64,000 nt of DNA from assembly GCA_009914755.4 (NCBI GenBank), contig CP068257.2:18464001-18528000 (forward strand). The letters run 5' to 3'. Source of the DNA: the human T2T-CHM13v2.0 reference genome, Homo sapiens. Below the pieces are notes generated by a model that saw nothing but the letters and a program-made list of their open reading frames with translations, made no database searches and was not told the origin of the DNA. The position numbers and the translations under genes are program-made. This document shows, piece after piece, positions 11,401 to 27,021 of the stretch (its first letter is position 1; the number at the start of each line of letters is the position of its first letter).

Positions 11401-14400
11401 ATTTTCTTAAATTTATTGAGACTTGTTTTGTGGCCTGTTAAGCAGTCTATCTTGGAAAATGTTCCATATGCTGATGAAAAGAATGTATACTCTGCAGTTG
11501 TTGGGTAGAATGTTCTGTAAACATCCATTAAGTCCATTTGTTCTAGGGTATAGTTTAAGTCCATTGTTTCTTTGTTAACTTTCTGTCTTGATGACCTGTC
11601 TATTGTTGTCAGTGGGGTACTGACATCCCTGCAACTATTATTGTGTTGCCATCTATCTCATTCCTTATGTTCAGAATAATTGTTTTAGAAATTTGGGAGC
11701 CCTGGTATTTGGTGCATATATATTTATGATTGTGATATTTTTCTGTTGGAATAATCCTTTTATCATTATGTAATGTCCCTCTTTGTTTTTTACGGTTGTT
11801 GCTTTAAAGTCTATGTTGTCTGATGTAAGAGTAGCTATTCCTGCTTGTTTTTGGTATCCATTTGCATCGAATATCTTTTCCACCTGTGTATCTTAAGTTT
11901 ATGTGACTCCATATGTGTTAGGTGAGTCTCTTGAAGACAGCAGATACTTGGTTGGTGGATTTTTTTTTTTTTTATCCATTCTACCATTATGTATATTTTA
12001 AGTGGATCATTTAGGCCATTACATTCAATGTTAATATTGAGATTTGAAGTACTGTTCTATTCATCATGCTGGTTGTTGCTGCTTGAATACTTTTTTTCAT
12101 TGCGTTATTGTTTTATAGGCCCTGTGAGATTTATGTTTTAAGGTGGTCCTATTGTCATGTATTTTGAGGTTTTATTTCAAGACATAGAACTCTTTTTATC
12201 ATTTCTTGCAGTGCTGGCTTTGCAGTCGTAAATTGTCTCAACATTTGTTTGTTTGAAAAAGATTTTATCTCTCCTTCATTTATAAGGCTTAGTTTCAATA
12301 AATACAAAGTTCTTGGCTGATAGTTATTTTGTTTAAGGAGGCTAAAAATAATACCCCAATCTTTTTTGGCTTGTAGGGCATCTTTTGAAAAATCTGCTGT
12401 TAACCTGATAGGTTTTCCTTTATAGACTACCTGATACTTTTGCCTCATAGCTCTTAAGATTCTTTCCTTCATCTTGACTTTAGATAACCTGATAACTATG
12501 TGCAAAGGTGATGATCTTTTTGTGATTAATTTCCTAGGTGTTCTTTGAGCCTCTTTTATTTGGATGTCTGGATATCTAGTGAGGCCAGGAAAGTTTTCCT
12601 TAATTATTTCCTCGAATAAATTTTCCACACATTTAGATTTCTCTTCTTCCTCAGGACATCAGTTATTCTTATGTTTGGTCATTTAACATAATCCCAATTT
12701 TCTTGGAGTCTTTATTTATTAAAAAATTTTTTTGTCTTTGTCAGATTGGGTTAATTTGAAAGTCCTTGTCTTTGAGCTCTGAAGTTCTTTCTTCTGCTTG
12801 CCCAATTCTATTGTTGAAACTTTCCAGTGTATTTTGCATTTCTCTAAGTGTGTCTCTCATTTATATAAGTTGTAACTTTTTATGATATCTATTTCTCTGG
12901 AGCCTTTTTCATCCATATTCTGTTTTTTTTTTTAAATTCTTTAAGTTGGTTTTCTCCTTTCTCTGGTACCTCTTGGAGTAGCTTAATAATCAAGCTTCTG
13001 AATTGCTTATCTGGCAATTCAGAGATTTCTTGTTTGTTTGGACCCATTGCTGGAGAGCTAGTGTGATCTTCTGGGGTTGTTATAGACCCTTGTTTTGTCA
13101 TATTACGAGAATTGTTTTTCTGGTTCCTTCTCATTTAGGTAGACTCTTTCAGTGGAAAGATCTGAAATTCAAGGGCTGCTGTTCAGATTTTTTTTGTCCC
13201 ACTGGTGATCCCTTGAGGTGGTACTCTCCCCTTTCCTCTAGTGATGGGGCTTACTGACAGCTGGACTGCAGTGATTGTTATTGCCCCTCTGGGTCTAGCC
13301 ACCCAGTTGGGTTATCAGGCTCTGGGCTAGTGCTGAGTAATGGCTGCAAAGAATCCTGTGATGTAATCCATCTTCAGGTCTTCCAGCCATGGATATTAGC
13401 AACTGCTCCAGTGAAGGTGGGAGGGGAGTGAAGTGGATTCTGTGGGAGTCCTTGGTTGTTGTTTTGTTTAGTGTGGAGTTTTACTTGAATTCTGGTTATT
13501 TTAGCAGTGAGGTTGTCATGTGGACAGACTTAGGATCTCTGGTTAGTCAAGGTGTTGCAGGTGGTAGAATTAACTGTTGTTTTCTCCTTCTTTGGAGCAG
13601 GATTGTTCCATTTTGAGTCATCATAATGGCTTGAGTTGGTTGGCCTGCAACCAGGAGGTAGCACTTTCAAGAGAGCACCAGCTGTAGTAGTCAAAGGGGA
13701 ATATAAGCTTGTCCTAGGTTGGCTAGAATCAGTATTCGGGTTTTTCAAGTGATGGGCAGGGCCATAGAGCTCCCAAGAGTTTATGTCTTTTGTCATCGGC
13801 TACCAGGTCAGGTAGAGAAAAACCATCAGGTGCAGGCCATTAGGTGGTTCTGAGCTCAGACTCTCCTTGGGCCAGGATTGCTGTAGCCATTCTGGGTGTG
13901 GAGAGTGGTACTCAGATCAATGGAGTTATGTTCCCAGGGGGATTATGGCTGCTTCTGCTGCATCATACAAGTCACCAGGGAAGTGGGGGGAAACTGGCAG
14001 TGACAGGCCTCACCCAGCATCCATGCAACCAAGAAGGCCAGTCTTACTTTCCCCATGCCCCATCAGTAGCATCGAGTTTATATTCAGGCAGCCAGTGAGC
14101 AGGGCTGAGATTTTGCCCCAGGCTACAAGACTCCCGGATGAGAAAGCAAGCTGGGCTTTCAGGCCTCATCCCTCCCCACTTCTGGCACCACTGGCTGTGG
14201 CATCTAAACTTGTATGTGCATTTCCCATTTGCACCCCCTTGATTCTGCTCAGGAAAATTCATGCTCAGTCCAAATTATTACAAAATTCAGCTAAAAACTT
14301 CCATCATCTGGTGGTACCTTCCCAGTTCTGATGGCTGCCTTCCCCAAGGACCCCTATGAGTTAAAGCTTCCCTGGGCTAGAGCTGGGGACCAGGAGTGCC

Positions 14401-14600
14401 TACAGAGTTCATCCCGCTGCTTCTACTTTTATATTTCACTTGGCTCCCTAAGTCTGTTTCAGCTCTAGGTAAGGTTAAATCCTTCTCCCATGATCTGAGC
14501 TGTCTTGTGGAGTTTGCAGTAGCAAACTGCTTTTTTTAGAGGGTTCGTGAATTCTTTCAGTTTTCACGGTACTTCATATGGTGGTTCTTGAAGCAAAAGT
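8260..14600 (-). mobile_element. LINE-1, near full-length (~6.3 kb), older L1P/L1M-type, inactive (ORF1 and ORF2 disrupted)
   Basis: A chain of minus-strand ORF remnants matches L1 proteins. ORF1 remnants: 12889-13134 ('MTKQGSITTPEDHTSSPAMGPNKQEISELPDKQFRS...'), 12155-12628 ('...ENFPGLTRYPDIQIKEAQRTP...GKPIRLTADFS...'). ORF2 remnants: 11671-11883 (endonuclease N-terminus 'INIYAPNTRAPKF'), 11049-11564, 10462-10878 (RT '[20 protein letters not shown]...'), 9392-9679, 9053-9241 ('[17 protein letters not shown]'). The DNA is collinear with the reverse complement of the L1 consensus as far as 'ccacattttctttatcc...ggacatttaggctgg' (~8420-8470). The 5'UTR-like sequence extends to ~14.5 kb. The 3' terminal ~0.9 kb and poly-A are not seen; they are replaced by the microsatellite and the DNA-transposon fragment. 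Confidence 0.85.
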
Positions 14601-15782
14601 TCACAATGTGAATCTCCACACGCTGTTCTGTACGTCCAAGAGTGAGATGCACATTTGTCCTGTCTCCTATCCATCATTCTATTTTTTCCAAAACCAGAAA
14701 ACACCATCAACTTGATGTGTGTGACATATGTGAAAATAAGTCATGTGATATTGGCTGATTGGGAATGGGTCCAATAGATTTTATAGATTGATGGAAATAT
14801 TCTACATCTTTATAGGAGTGGTAGTTACAGTTACTTAAGTAAATATATTTATAAAATCTATCAAGTTAAATAAGATTTGTGCATTTTATTGATTTTTATA
14901 TCTCATTAAAAATAAAATGACATGAAAGCATAAACTCAACAACAAAAACTGTATCTGGTTACCTTCGTACAATGTTTTTATCAGTAAACAGAGGTAGAAT
15001 AAAAATAGCTTACAATAGCACAACTGTTTTCAGCAGACCTGTGTTTGAGACCTAGTTTTGCCACATGCTCCCGATATGGCTTTGAGAAAAGTAATTAACT
15101 TCTCCAATTAATTACTCTTAGCTTTGCCATCTATAAGGTAAGAATAATGAAAGTTCCTATCTCACAGAGTTGTAATACTTAAATAAAGGGGCAAAGAACA
15201 TTTACCTGTGCATGGCATATAAAAAGAGGACAATAAAAGTCCCAACACTATCTTTGCTTCCAAATTTAAGACAAGAATATTAGATTTAGCTGAAAACTGT
15301 CATATCTTTAAATGTTTAAATAGTTATTAGTTAAAATTAATTGAGATATTCTGAGTACTACAGCAAAATTTTATTTAAAAAATTCAACAAAATATATTAG
15401 AATAGAATCATAATCACAAATATAATTGAAATAACATAGTACCTAGAAGCATTAATCTTCTTGAAGTCTATTTCATAATAATGAAAAGCTGCCAAGACCC
15501 ATATTTTATTTCACCCTTATCAAATTCTCAATATTTTCAATGTTTTTCACGTCGCTCAAAATGATGGAGTTTGAGTTCTATTTTGTTAAGGCAGAGCACA
15601 GGGCATAGTCTCTGTCACCAAGCGAATCTAATAGTAAAAAGAATCAATGTATCCTCAACACTTTATTATTTCCCATAAAACATTGCATTTCTCAGAGAAT
15701 TTAGTTTATTCAAATATGAAAAAATACTACGTAATAAAATTTAAAGAATTATTTTAAAAATAAATGCATTAAATTCTTTCAC

Positions 15783-16080
15783 TTTTTTTTTTTTTTATTT
15801 TTGAGACAGAGTCTCACTCTGTCGCCCGGGCCGGAGTCCAGTGGTGCGATCTCGGCTAACTGCAACCTCTGCCTCCGGGGTTCAAGCAATTCTCTGCCTC
15901 AGCCTCCTGAGTAGCTGGGATTATAGGTGCCTGCCACCACGCCTGACTAATTTTTGTATTTTTAGTAGAGACGGAGTTTCACCATGTTGGCCAGGCTGGT
16001 CTTGAACTCCTGACCTCATGATCCACCTGCCTCAGCCTCCCAAAGTGCTGGGATTACAGGCGTGAGCCACCATGCACCGC
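15783..16080 (-). mobile_element. Alu SINE (full length, minus orientation)
   Basis: Poly-T (15783-15796), then 'gagacagagtctcactctgtcgcccgggccggagtccagtgg...cctcccaaagtgctgggattacaggcgtgagccaccatgcaccgc', which is the reverse complement of the Alu consensus. Confidence 0.9.
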
Positions 16081-17214
16081 TTAGTTTATCTCACTACCTG
16101 GGTGATGTGATCATTCATACACCAAACCTCAGTGACCTATAATTTCCCCATGTAACAAATCTGTATATGTATCCCATGAGCCTAAAATCAAGTTAGAAAA
16201 GATAAATAAAATCTAATAAAAATCATTTTAAAAGTATACTTTACAAGCTACAAAAGTATCTTCATATTTGTTTTATGATTTCCAGGGGAAGAAAGTTAGA
16301 TAATGAAGAATGAAATAATTTGAAAAAGTTTTTTGGTAAATGTTAAAAAAATAATAATTACATTTCACAGTTTCAGTATATGGAAAAATTTATTTTGACT
16401 CCATAGCATTTTCATTTAAATGCTTTGAAAAACAAACTCAAAATATGTTTTAAATTGTTGATGATTTCAAATATTACAGGAATAGAAACTTTAACTTAAC
16501 ACAGAATGATTATCTGGCTTCCTTCTGTAAAATATCTTAAAGGTTAATGTGGATTTGAATTGCACAACATTCCAAATGCTTCTCCCCTTTTAAAAAGAAT
16601 AGTCTTATCTTTTAAAAAGAATACTCTTATCTTTTATTTTTCTTATGCAAGAGCAAAAATAAGGAAAAAATATATTATTCAGGAGAATCATGGCAACAAT
16701 TTAAGGAAGACAAAACCAGTCTTTAGCAACCAGTATACATATATATCATCTTTTTTTCTGCTTTAGGGTAGGTTGCTTCTATCACCAACCTGTTCCAAAT
16801 CCTCCTCTTACATGCACCATTAAAACATACTCTTTCAAAAACGAGGTGATAAAATCACAAATATCAATCTATCGTTTAGAAGAAGGTACCTTTATTTTAC
16901 CTTAAAGGAATTTGATATATAATGGAGAAAAGAAAATTACTTTCTAATTTCCAAGACTCAAAAAGTGTCTTGGGGAATATCTCTGTCCTTGTTTGTTTAT
17001 TTTAAGGCTGATGGCCTTTTCAGAATTCCCAAAATGATAATAAGTAAAAGTATCTACTATTATGACTACATTTAGATTACATGTCAATACACAATGAATC
17101 ATTGTCACATTTACGGATAAGTTATAGGTCCAGTTTTGTGGTCGTATTAAAGAGAATAAAGTTAAATTAAGTAAATTTGAAAGTTTGTTAATCTTTTTTC
17201 ATGGTGACAAATGT

Positions 17215-17570
17215 CTTAGTCCATTTGGACTGCTATAATAAAATAGCATAAACTGTGTGGCTTATGAACAACAATTTATTTTCTCACAGTTCTGGGAGCT
17301 GGAAAGTCTAAGATCAAGGTGCTTACAGATTCAGCATCCAGTGAAAGCTAATTCCTCATAAATGGAATTTTCTTGCTTCATCCTCACATGATGAAAGGGG
17401 CAAACAAGCTCTGTTGGGCCTCTTTTCTAGGGGCACTAATTCCATTCATCAGGGCTCCACCCTTATGATGTAGTCACTTCCCAAAGTTCCCACCAATTAA
17501 TACTATCATATAAGATTAGATTTCAACCTAGGAATTTTGGGTGACACAAACATTTAAAAATGTAGCAATC
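17215..17570 (-). mobile_element. ERVL-MaLR LTR fragment (THE1/MST-like)
   Basis: 'ttagtccatttggactgctataataaaatagcataaactgtgtggcttatgaacaacaatttattttctcacagttctgggagctggaa...' matches the reverse complement of the MaLR LTR 3' region ('...tattagtc...ataaag.aaagaggtttaat.gactcacagttcc...'). Partial and diverged. Confidence 0.5.
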
Positions 17571-20446
17571 AATATGTTTAATTAAGTTGTTCTAACGATT
17601 TCTTTCTTATACAAACTTCATATCTGAAGATACATACTTTGAATAGTAGTCCTTATTATACAGATTAACTAATGGTCACTGTGTCAGTTAAAACATAAGT
17701 AGTGTTGTAATAAAAAAAAGTATTTAAAATCCTTGGTTACAGAAATAAATTTATTTCTTGCTCATGTTCAGGTTAATTATAGATTGGCTGTAGGCCTTCT
17801 CTATGTCATCTGCACTCCAGAACGCAGATTGACCAGGCAGCCTCTCTCTGAATATCTTTGAAATGGGAAAAGAAAAATGGAGCATCACACATAGCTATCA
17901 AAGTTCATGCACATAACATGGAAATCCTGAGTTCAACATAGATTTAAGGATTTAAAGAGTCAAGGATTTCAGTAATCCCTCTACAGAGTCAGTCATGAAA
18001 CAAAGAAAATCACAATATTTGGAAACAAAATTACATCCACTACAGTACTTTAGCAATCATGTTGTTTTATTTCACTTTGTTTATAAATGAGGAAATTAGT
18101 CTTAAAAAACAAAAGCAACTTGTCCACATAACAGTTATTTAATCATAGTGTCTGTCCCAACATGAAAATAAAATCATAGTTTTCTTTCTTTCAAGATTAG
18201 TAAACATAAACAGAAATGTTACTAGAAATTCTCCACCGTGTTTTTGCAACAGAAGGAAGAAGGGAAAGCTAGACAAAGCAGATGGCAAAACATGTGTCTT
18301 ATGGTCTCATCTATTATTAAATAAATTATTGATAGCAATATATTCACCATGAATTTATTTATATATTGAATGGATAGCCTCTACTTCTTTCCATGACTAA
18401 AATAATTATTTTCATAGAAGAATAGATTCTAAGAAGAAAGAAATAATATTTTGGGGGAAACCCTATGTTTGTATTCAAAGTGAATTTATAAATACTTTCT
18501 GAAAATCTTTCAACCTTTTAATCTATCTAAGCTCTATAACTGATCCAAGGGCAGATATATCTTTTGAGTTTCTCCATTTTTCCAACTTATAATGAATTAA
18601 AATAGTGATTCATACTGTTATTTAACTCTTTAATGTGTCACTGTCATGCATTCATAGGGAAGTAGATTTCATTACCTATAAATAAAGGACCATGATTCCA
18701 TTCAGCCGTGAACATCAAATAGGCAAGTAATAGATATTCCATAAATGCCTAACGATAGACTGTGCATTAGAAAAAAAATCATTTTATACTATGAATAGCT
18801 GAAAATACTGGTTAGCCCTGTAGAGGGAATAATAAAATTTATTACTCTCAAAACTGCTCAATATTTATGACCTTTCATATGAAGCATTTGTTTAAAATTT
18901 TTAGAAAAATTGAATGAAAAAATAAAAAGATGAGTTTTTTTTTCCTTTTGTATGGAGGTTAATGAGTTAGTGAAAGCTCATTACAATAGGCTTGGTAACA
19001 TGAATTTGAACTCAATGCTGCAAAAATTAATAGTATAAACCTGGTGAAGTCTTTAATTCTCTTGTTTTAGGTTCCTCATTGATATAATAAAGGAACTAAA
19101 CTAAATTACAATTGACTTTTTCTTTCCATATTTCAAAAGTATAGAGTAAGAATACTAGCATGTTTTACTGTTGCTATGCAAGCAATACCACCGTAATTGG
19201 GTTTTGCAATGAAAAGTTAATGTAAAATAAGAAATAATATACCATTATCCAATATAATGATGAGCAGTGTTTTTATGAGTGCTTATCTTAATTTTGTTCT
19301 ATTTTATAATGTAATATTATGAGCAGCCTATATAAACACATAGTGAAATATCCAATGATAAGGCATAGTCTCTATATTTTTGGCAAATATATATTTAAGT
19401 CAAAAAGCATTTACAGGCAAGAAATATGAAATCCATTAAAATCCATTTGATAGGAATTTTATTATGTACATGTCACACAATAAGCACTTTCTCCCATACC
19501 ACCTTATTTACCCAGACCTGTTATTCAGCATACTATAGCACCACAAACAAACCTGCTGGGCTCTCTCTCCTATCTTTTGAGAAAAATATTTTAAATTTTG
19601 GCAACCTCAGCTATTCCTGTCAATGTCAATCTAATAACATGTTTGTGAGCAAGTTAATACTCCATTCATAATAAACAACCCAGTTTGCACATTCACTTGA
19701 TACCTCATTATCAGATTTCATTTTCTGCCAGAACCCAGTATCACGCTAAGATGTTTCTCCAAAGAATATTTATCTATAAAAAAAGAACATGATTTACTTC
19801 CATACCTAGGGAGTAAACTCCCTATACTGTGATTTACTGATGGAGCTCCCTAGAGCTCATTAGAGCCAACTCTTTGATACAAATCTTTTGAATGTTGTTT
19901 GTTCACCTCTTTTTTAAAGTACAAAGGGCAAAACATCTGCCTCCATCTTCTAGATATACTTCAGAGCTTCATTTGCTCTAGGCTGTACTCAAACCTGGCA
20001 GCCTTCCTGACTACCCAGTAAAAGTGCCAGAGTAGCTTACTCAAACATGGAATGTGGCCTCCAGAATCCAAAGAGGCCAGTCAAGTGCTTCCATATTAAT
20101 GACACACAATGCAAAGTGCAGTAATTTTCCATTACAGAGAAAATATCCTAACAAGCTCTTGCTCACAGGATGACTGGAAACTTTCCAAGAGAGAAGATCC
20201 CTGAATGTCTTTTGTGTTTCTCTCTCAAGCTCTATCTTATATATATGTTAGCAAAGCATCTAGTTTTTTATTTCCTTCTCTCTCCAGGCTCAGTGTCAAC
20301 CAAGTAGTGAAACAGTGTGATAATGGGCAGGATTTTAGGAAGATTGGGTTTTTTCACAGACTAGCCTATGCCAGACTACAGAATCGACATAGAACTGCAG
20401 TACAAAATTGAAGCTACACTGTTGTTACCAGGTAAAAGTGAACTGC

Positions 20447-20770
<324 letters not shown>

Positions 20771-23018
20771 TCACTATAGACATTACTAGTATTTCCTAGA
20801 TCAATAACCACATGTCTGGTCATGGGGTATTCTTGACTAGCTTCTATGGTTAATCTGCTTCCAAGGTTAATCTGCTTTCTTTTTAAGTGATTTAGTTTGA
20901 GATAGGATAGAAATCATCAAACTTTGACAACAGTTTAAAATTCCTGGCACATATCTCTTGAAAATAAATATCATATTATTTTCCATTCATTTTAAGTGCT
21001 TGTTTAACAGAGACGTGATAAACTCAATAGAGGGTTTTGGTGGGCATGTTATGTTATCATTATCCAAATTTAAGGAGAATCTTCAACAATAAATTATTCA
21101 CAACTGAGGCATATAAAAAAAACACGCTATTATTGTGCCAACGTGCATAAATATATATTAAATTTGTAAACCTAATTATATTTGGATTTTTAACCCCTAG
21201 TGCTAAAAATCAGTTACCATTTGAATCTGAATCTGTCCTTTTATTTCTTTTTGAAAGCCTTAAATAGTACTGAATTCCATTTCCTATTTAGTAAAGACAT
21301 GCATTCTATTATTGTAATGTTTGTTTTGTTTGTTGCTTTTCCTTATAGTAATGACATGCCAGCCTCCATGTAACTTCTTGAATTCTTAAGTTGGAAACAC
21401 TTGTATTTGAAATAAAATTCTTAGGTGTATAACCAAATTCCTGATATTTAAAGGATGTGCAGGCTTAGATAAGGTATTTACTATTTTTAAAACCCTCTGC
21501 ATTAGTAAAAGGGTAGTAATAAGAAAAAAGTAGAGTTACTAACAAAGGAGTTATTCAGACTGACAATATAACACATAAAGTCCATAGGTTATGTGTCGTT
21601 AATACCAGATATGGATTCTGGCTTTCCTAATCATTTTCTATAGAAGCATTTATAGTCACAAAGATGGGACTCAGTGGGAATGAGCCAATTCAGGTCAAAA
21701 GGGTATTCGAATACATCTATAACCATTGATAATTTTTTATAACATGTATTTCTTAGGTATTTTTTGTAACTATAATTGCAACTATATATAATAGTATTTT
21801 ATGCACAATAGTGTAGACATAACAGGATTTTGGGTTATTTCCCCAAACTTACTAGCAAAATTACCATTTTCCTACAAGTCATATGTCTTTCATTAGTGGG
21901 TAGGTCACTAGAGGCCAATGAAGAAAAAACACAGGAGTCTATCTATAAAGAGACTTAACCATATCTAGCAAGCTAATAACAAACTTTATTAATGCAGGCT
22001 TCCTAGTGTCATGTTGGATCACAGCCGATTTCTCTCCTGTGAACGTAGCACAATGGTGACTCCCAATTTATCTCATGCTAATTTAACCACGTGACATACA
22101 TGTTTATTTTAATTTGTGTCCCTTTAACTGGGAGTCAGTTACTGTAAGATCAAGTTTGTCATAGTTTAGAATGGCTATAATGATTTCATAAATATTGTAC
22201 TCCAGCACACCTAGCCACTGACCGTTTAAGTATATCAGATCCCCCTGCAATCAATATGCCAATGAGTTCTTTCTAACTGAATGGCTATGATCTCCTTGAG
22301 AGTTGTTGGCAAGCAGAATGCCCTGTAGCCCTGTTTAGTAATATACATACACCACTTACATATTGCTTCATAATCTTTTCAGCTGACTCCTGAGTGTTGT
22401 CAGTATTCTAGTGGAACACCCCTATGAGTGTCCCAAACTAGGTTAAAAAGTTCTTCTCATTATCAGGGGTAAGAGTTCAGAGAAACCAAGTCATAAGACC
22501 CAAAATGCCTTTTGCACACTGAAGCCATCAAATTGGAATCTGTGCAGCTTATACCATCACAAATGCTGCTGCCACTGAGTGCTTGAAGCATGCATACAAT
22601 TCAAGAATACTGTAAAAGTGTCCAAAAGAGTGTGCCTTCTGGATATTTTAGATTCAGCATATTCAACTCCTATGGTCGTTCGCTCTGAATATGACAAAGG
22701 CTTCTCATAATCATTCTAAGTATGAATCATTAATTATATTAACTGATTATATCATATTAATTATCACCCCGTTGGACATTATTCTGCTTACAAAAAGTTA
22801 TGATTACATATTATTCTACCCACTTTCAGGTTTGGTGCTTGACTGCTTTGAGTAACAGCAAAGTGGCCTCTGAAATACAAATGTGTCTACTTTTATCCCA
22901 ACAGGCTATCTTCATACACAGCATCAGAGTAATTCAGCTACTCATTGTCAACTGACTGCCACATACATGGTCTGATGCAAAGATAGAATTTATTTCAAGG
23001 TTAAAAAAGAATAAATAG

Positions 23019-23428
<410 letters not shown>

Positions 23429-23888
23429 TCAACACAAACCATGACTCTGAATCACAATAATGAGAAACAGACAGGGGTTTACTTTTCCTACACTGGAAAC
23501 TTTCTTGGGAAATGAGTGAGATTGCATTCTTTTTTATCATGTTTACTCATTTGATTTACTCATTATTTTTACACTCGACATTAATGATGAGACATTTATG
23601 CACATTGAAAAGTGTTTGTTGCACTAATGAACAACTTGAATATTGAATGATGTAGAAAATTTAATTTCCAATTTTATGGTTAATCAAGAACATTTTTGCT
23701 GTAAATTCTACATAAATTTGGAGGTATATGTCTGTACATCCATATACTCAAAATATAATTTTAAGTAGATAAATTGTTTCTTGAATTTGAATATGTTTTA
23801 TCTTATAAACTATATTAGATCTAAATTATTGTGTCAAAGTCCCAAAGACATACTTTTTGATTAAGCATGTTATTTAGTTCTAAAGTCA

Positions 23889-23927
23889 TATGTGTGTGTG
23901 TGTATGTGTGTGTGTGTATGTGTGTGT
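23889..23927. repeat. (TG)n microsatellite with interruptions
   Basis: 'tgtgtgtgtgtgtatgtgtgtgtgtgtatgtgtgtg' read directly. Confidence 0.85.
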
Positions 23928-24065
23928 TCTCAGTAGAAATAAGCAGAGAAACCCTTTTTGTTAGCTCAACAAAAGACCATTACCTATTGCTCCTGTAAAT
24001 GGCAAACACAAAATCCTCATAAATGAATTCTATTACTATTTCAAAATATAGTTTTCAGGACAACT

Positions 24066-24970
<905 letters not shown>

Positions 24971-25500
24971 TCTAGAAATACCATTTGACCCAGTGATCCC
25001 ATCACTGGGTATATTCAAAAGATTATAAATCATGCTACTGTAAAGACACATGCACACGTATGTTTATTGTGGCACTGTTCACAATAGCAAAGACTTGGAA
25101 CCAACCCAAGTGTCCATCAATGATAGACTGGATTAAGAAAATGTGGCACATATATACCATGGAATATTATACAGCCATAAGAAAGGATGAGTTCATGTTC
25201 TTTGCAGGGACATGGATGAAGTTGGAAACCATCATTCTAAGCAAACTATCACAAGGACAGAAAAACAAACACCGCACGTTATCACTCATAGATAGGAGTT
25301 GAACAACGAGAACACATGGACACAGGGTGGGGAACATCACACACCGGGGCCTGTCAGGGGCTAGGGGGCTGGAGGAGGGGTAGCATTAGGAGAAATACCT
25401 AATGTAAATGACGAGTTGATGGGTGCAGCAAACCAACATGGCACATGTATACCTATGTAACAAACCTGCACGTTGTGCACATGCACCCTAGAACTTAAAG

Positions 25501-25544
<44 letters not shown>

Positions 25545-25545
25545 C
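24971..25545 (+). mobile_element. LINE-1 3' end (ORF2 C-terminus + 3'UTR), plus orientation, young L1PA-like; tail converted to (TAA)n
   Basis: Encodes '...PLLGIYPKDYKSCCYKDTCTRMFIAALFTIAKTWNQPKCPSMIDWIKKMWHIYTMEYYTAIRKDEFMFFAGTWMKLETIILSKLSQGQKNKHRTLSLIDRS'. The 3'UTR 'ggggaacatcacacaccggggcctgtcaggggctagggggctggaggaggggtagcattaggagaaatacctaatgtaaatgacgagttgatgggtgcagcaaaccaacatggcacatgtatacc...cttaaagtataataa' is near-identical to young L1PA/L1HS 3'UTR. (TAA)~14 follows at 25503-25545. Confidence 0.9.
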
Positions 25546-26535
25546 AGCTAATTCAGATTTCATCCTTTAGCTACCTTCTCCTAATTAAATAGTAGTTCTT
25601 TTTAAATTTTATTTTTTAATTCTATTTTTCTCTGGTCCTTTTAAAAGTAAAATAATATCATCAATTTATAGTATATTTCAAAATAGCTAGAAGGGAAGAT
25701 TTGGAGTGTTCCCAACACAAAGAAATAGCAAACGTCTGAGGAAGATTTTAATTACAGTGATTTGATTATGACATTTTGTATGCATGTATCAGAAACACAC
25801 ATGTACCCCATAAGTATGTAGAACTATTATGTATCAATAAAAATAATACGTCTCTTAAATGTTTTAAAATGAAAATTTTAACACCTATTTTAAAAATAAA
25901 ATAATAAAGCAAGTGTGTCCAACCTGTGGCCAGGATATCTTTGAATGCAGCCCAACACAAATCTGTAAATTTTTTAAAAACAATATGAATTTTTTTTGCA
26001 ATTTTGTTTTAGGCCATCAGCTATCATTATTACTAGGATGTTTTATGTGTGGCCCAAGGCAATTCTTCTTCCAATGTGGTGCAGGAAACCCAAAAGATGG
26101 GACACCCCTGCTATAAATACTAGATTGTATTTATATGTCTTAGGAGGAGTTAATATAAAATATGATTTATTATAAAAGGTAATTATATTAACATTATGAA
26201 CTTTTTTGAAAATTTGTTTAGCTGCTAAAAATTTAAACAATACCTTGAAAATCAATGACAAACAGAAAATTGATCCAACATTTATAAGCACAAGAGTGCA
26301 AATCACTTCTAATTATACTAGTTTGGTGTCCCATTGAATACTCATTTTCTCTTTATTTAGTCCAGATTTGACATATTCATGATATAAAAATAAGATCCAG
26401 ATAAATCATTATTCTGATTTTATCCACCAATGAGAGGAAAAGTTAGTATTTATTTTATTCATAATCAAGATTTTGTTCATAAATAACTCATGTTAACATT
26501 CATTAGGCACGCTTGCATTTTTTTCACATTTTTTG

Positions 26536-27021
<486 letters not shown>

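Noticed and set aside
13200-14600. Possibility that 13.2-14.6 kb (ORFs 13867-14331 etc.) is a separate host gene or CpG-island promoter.
   Set aside because: It is contiguous with the L1 ORF1 start at ~13134 (minus strand). It fits an L1 5'UTR in position and in length (~1-1.4 kb for older L1P families). No CpG-island-level CpG density is visible.
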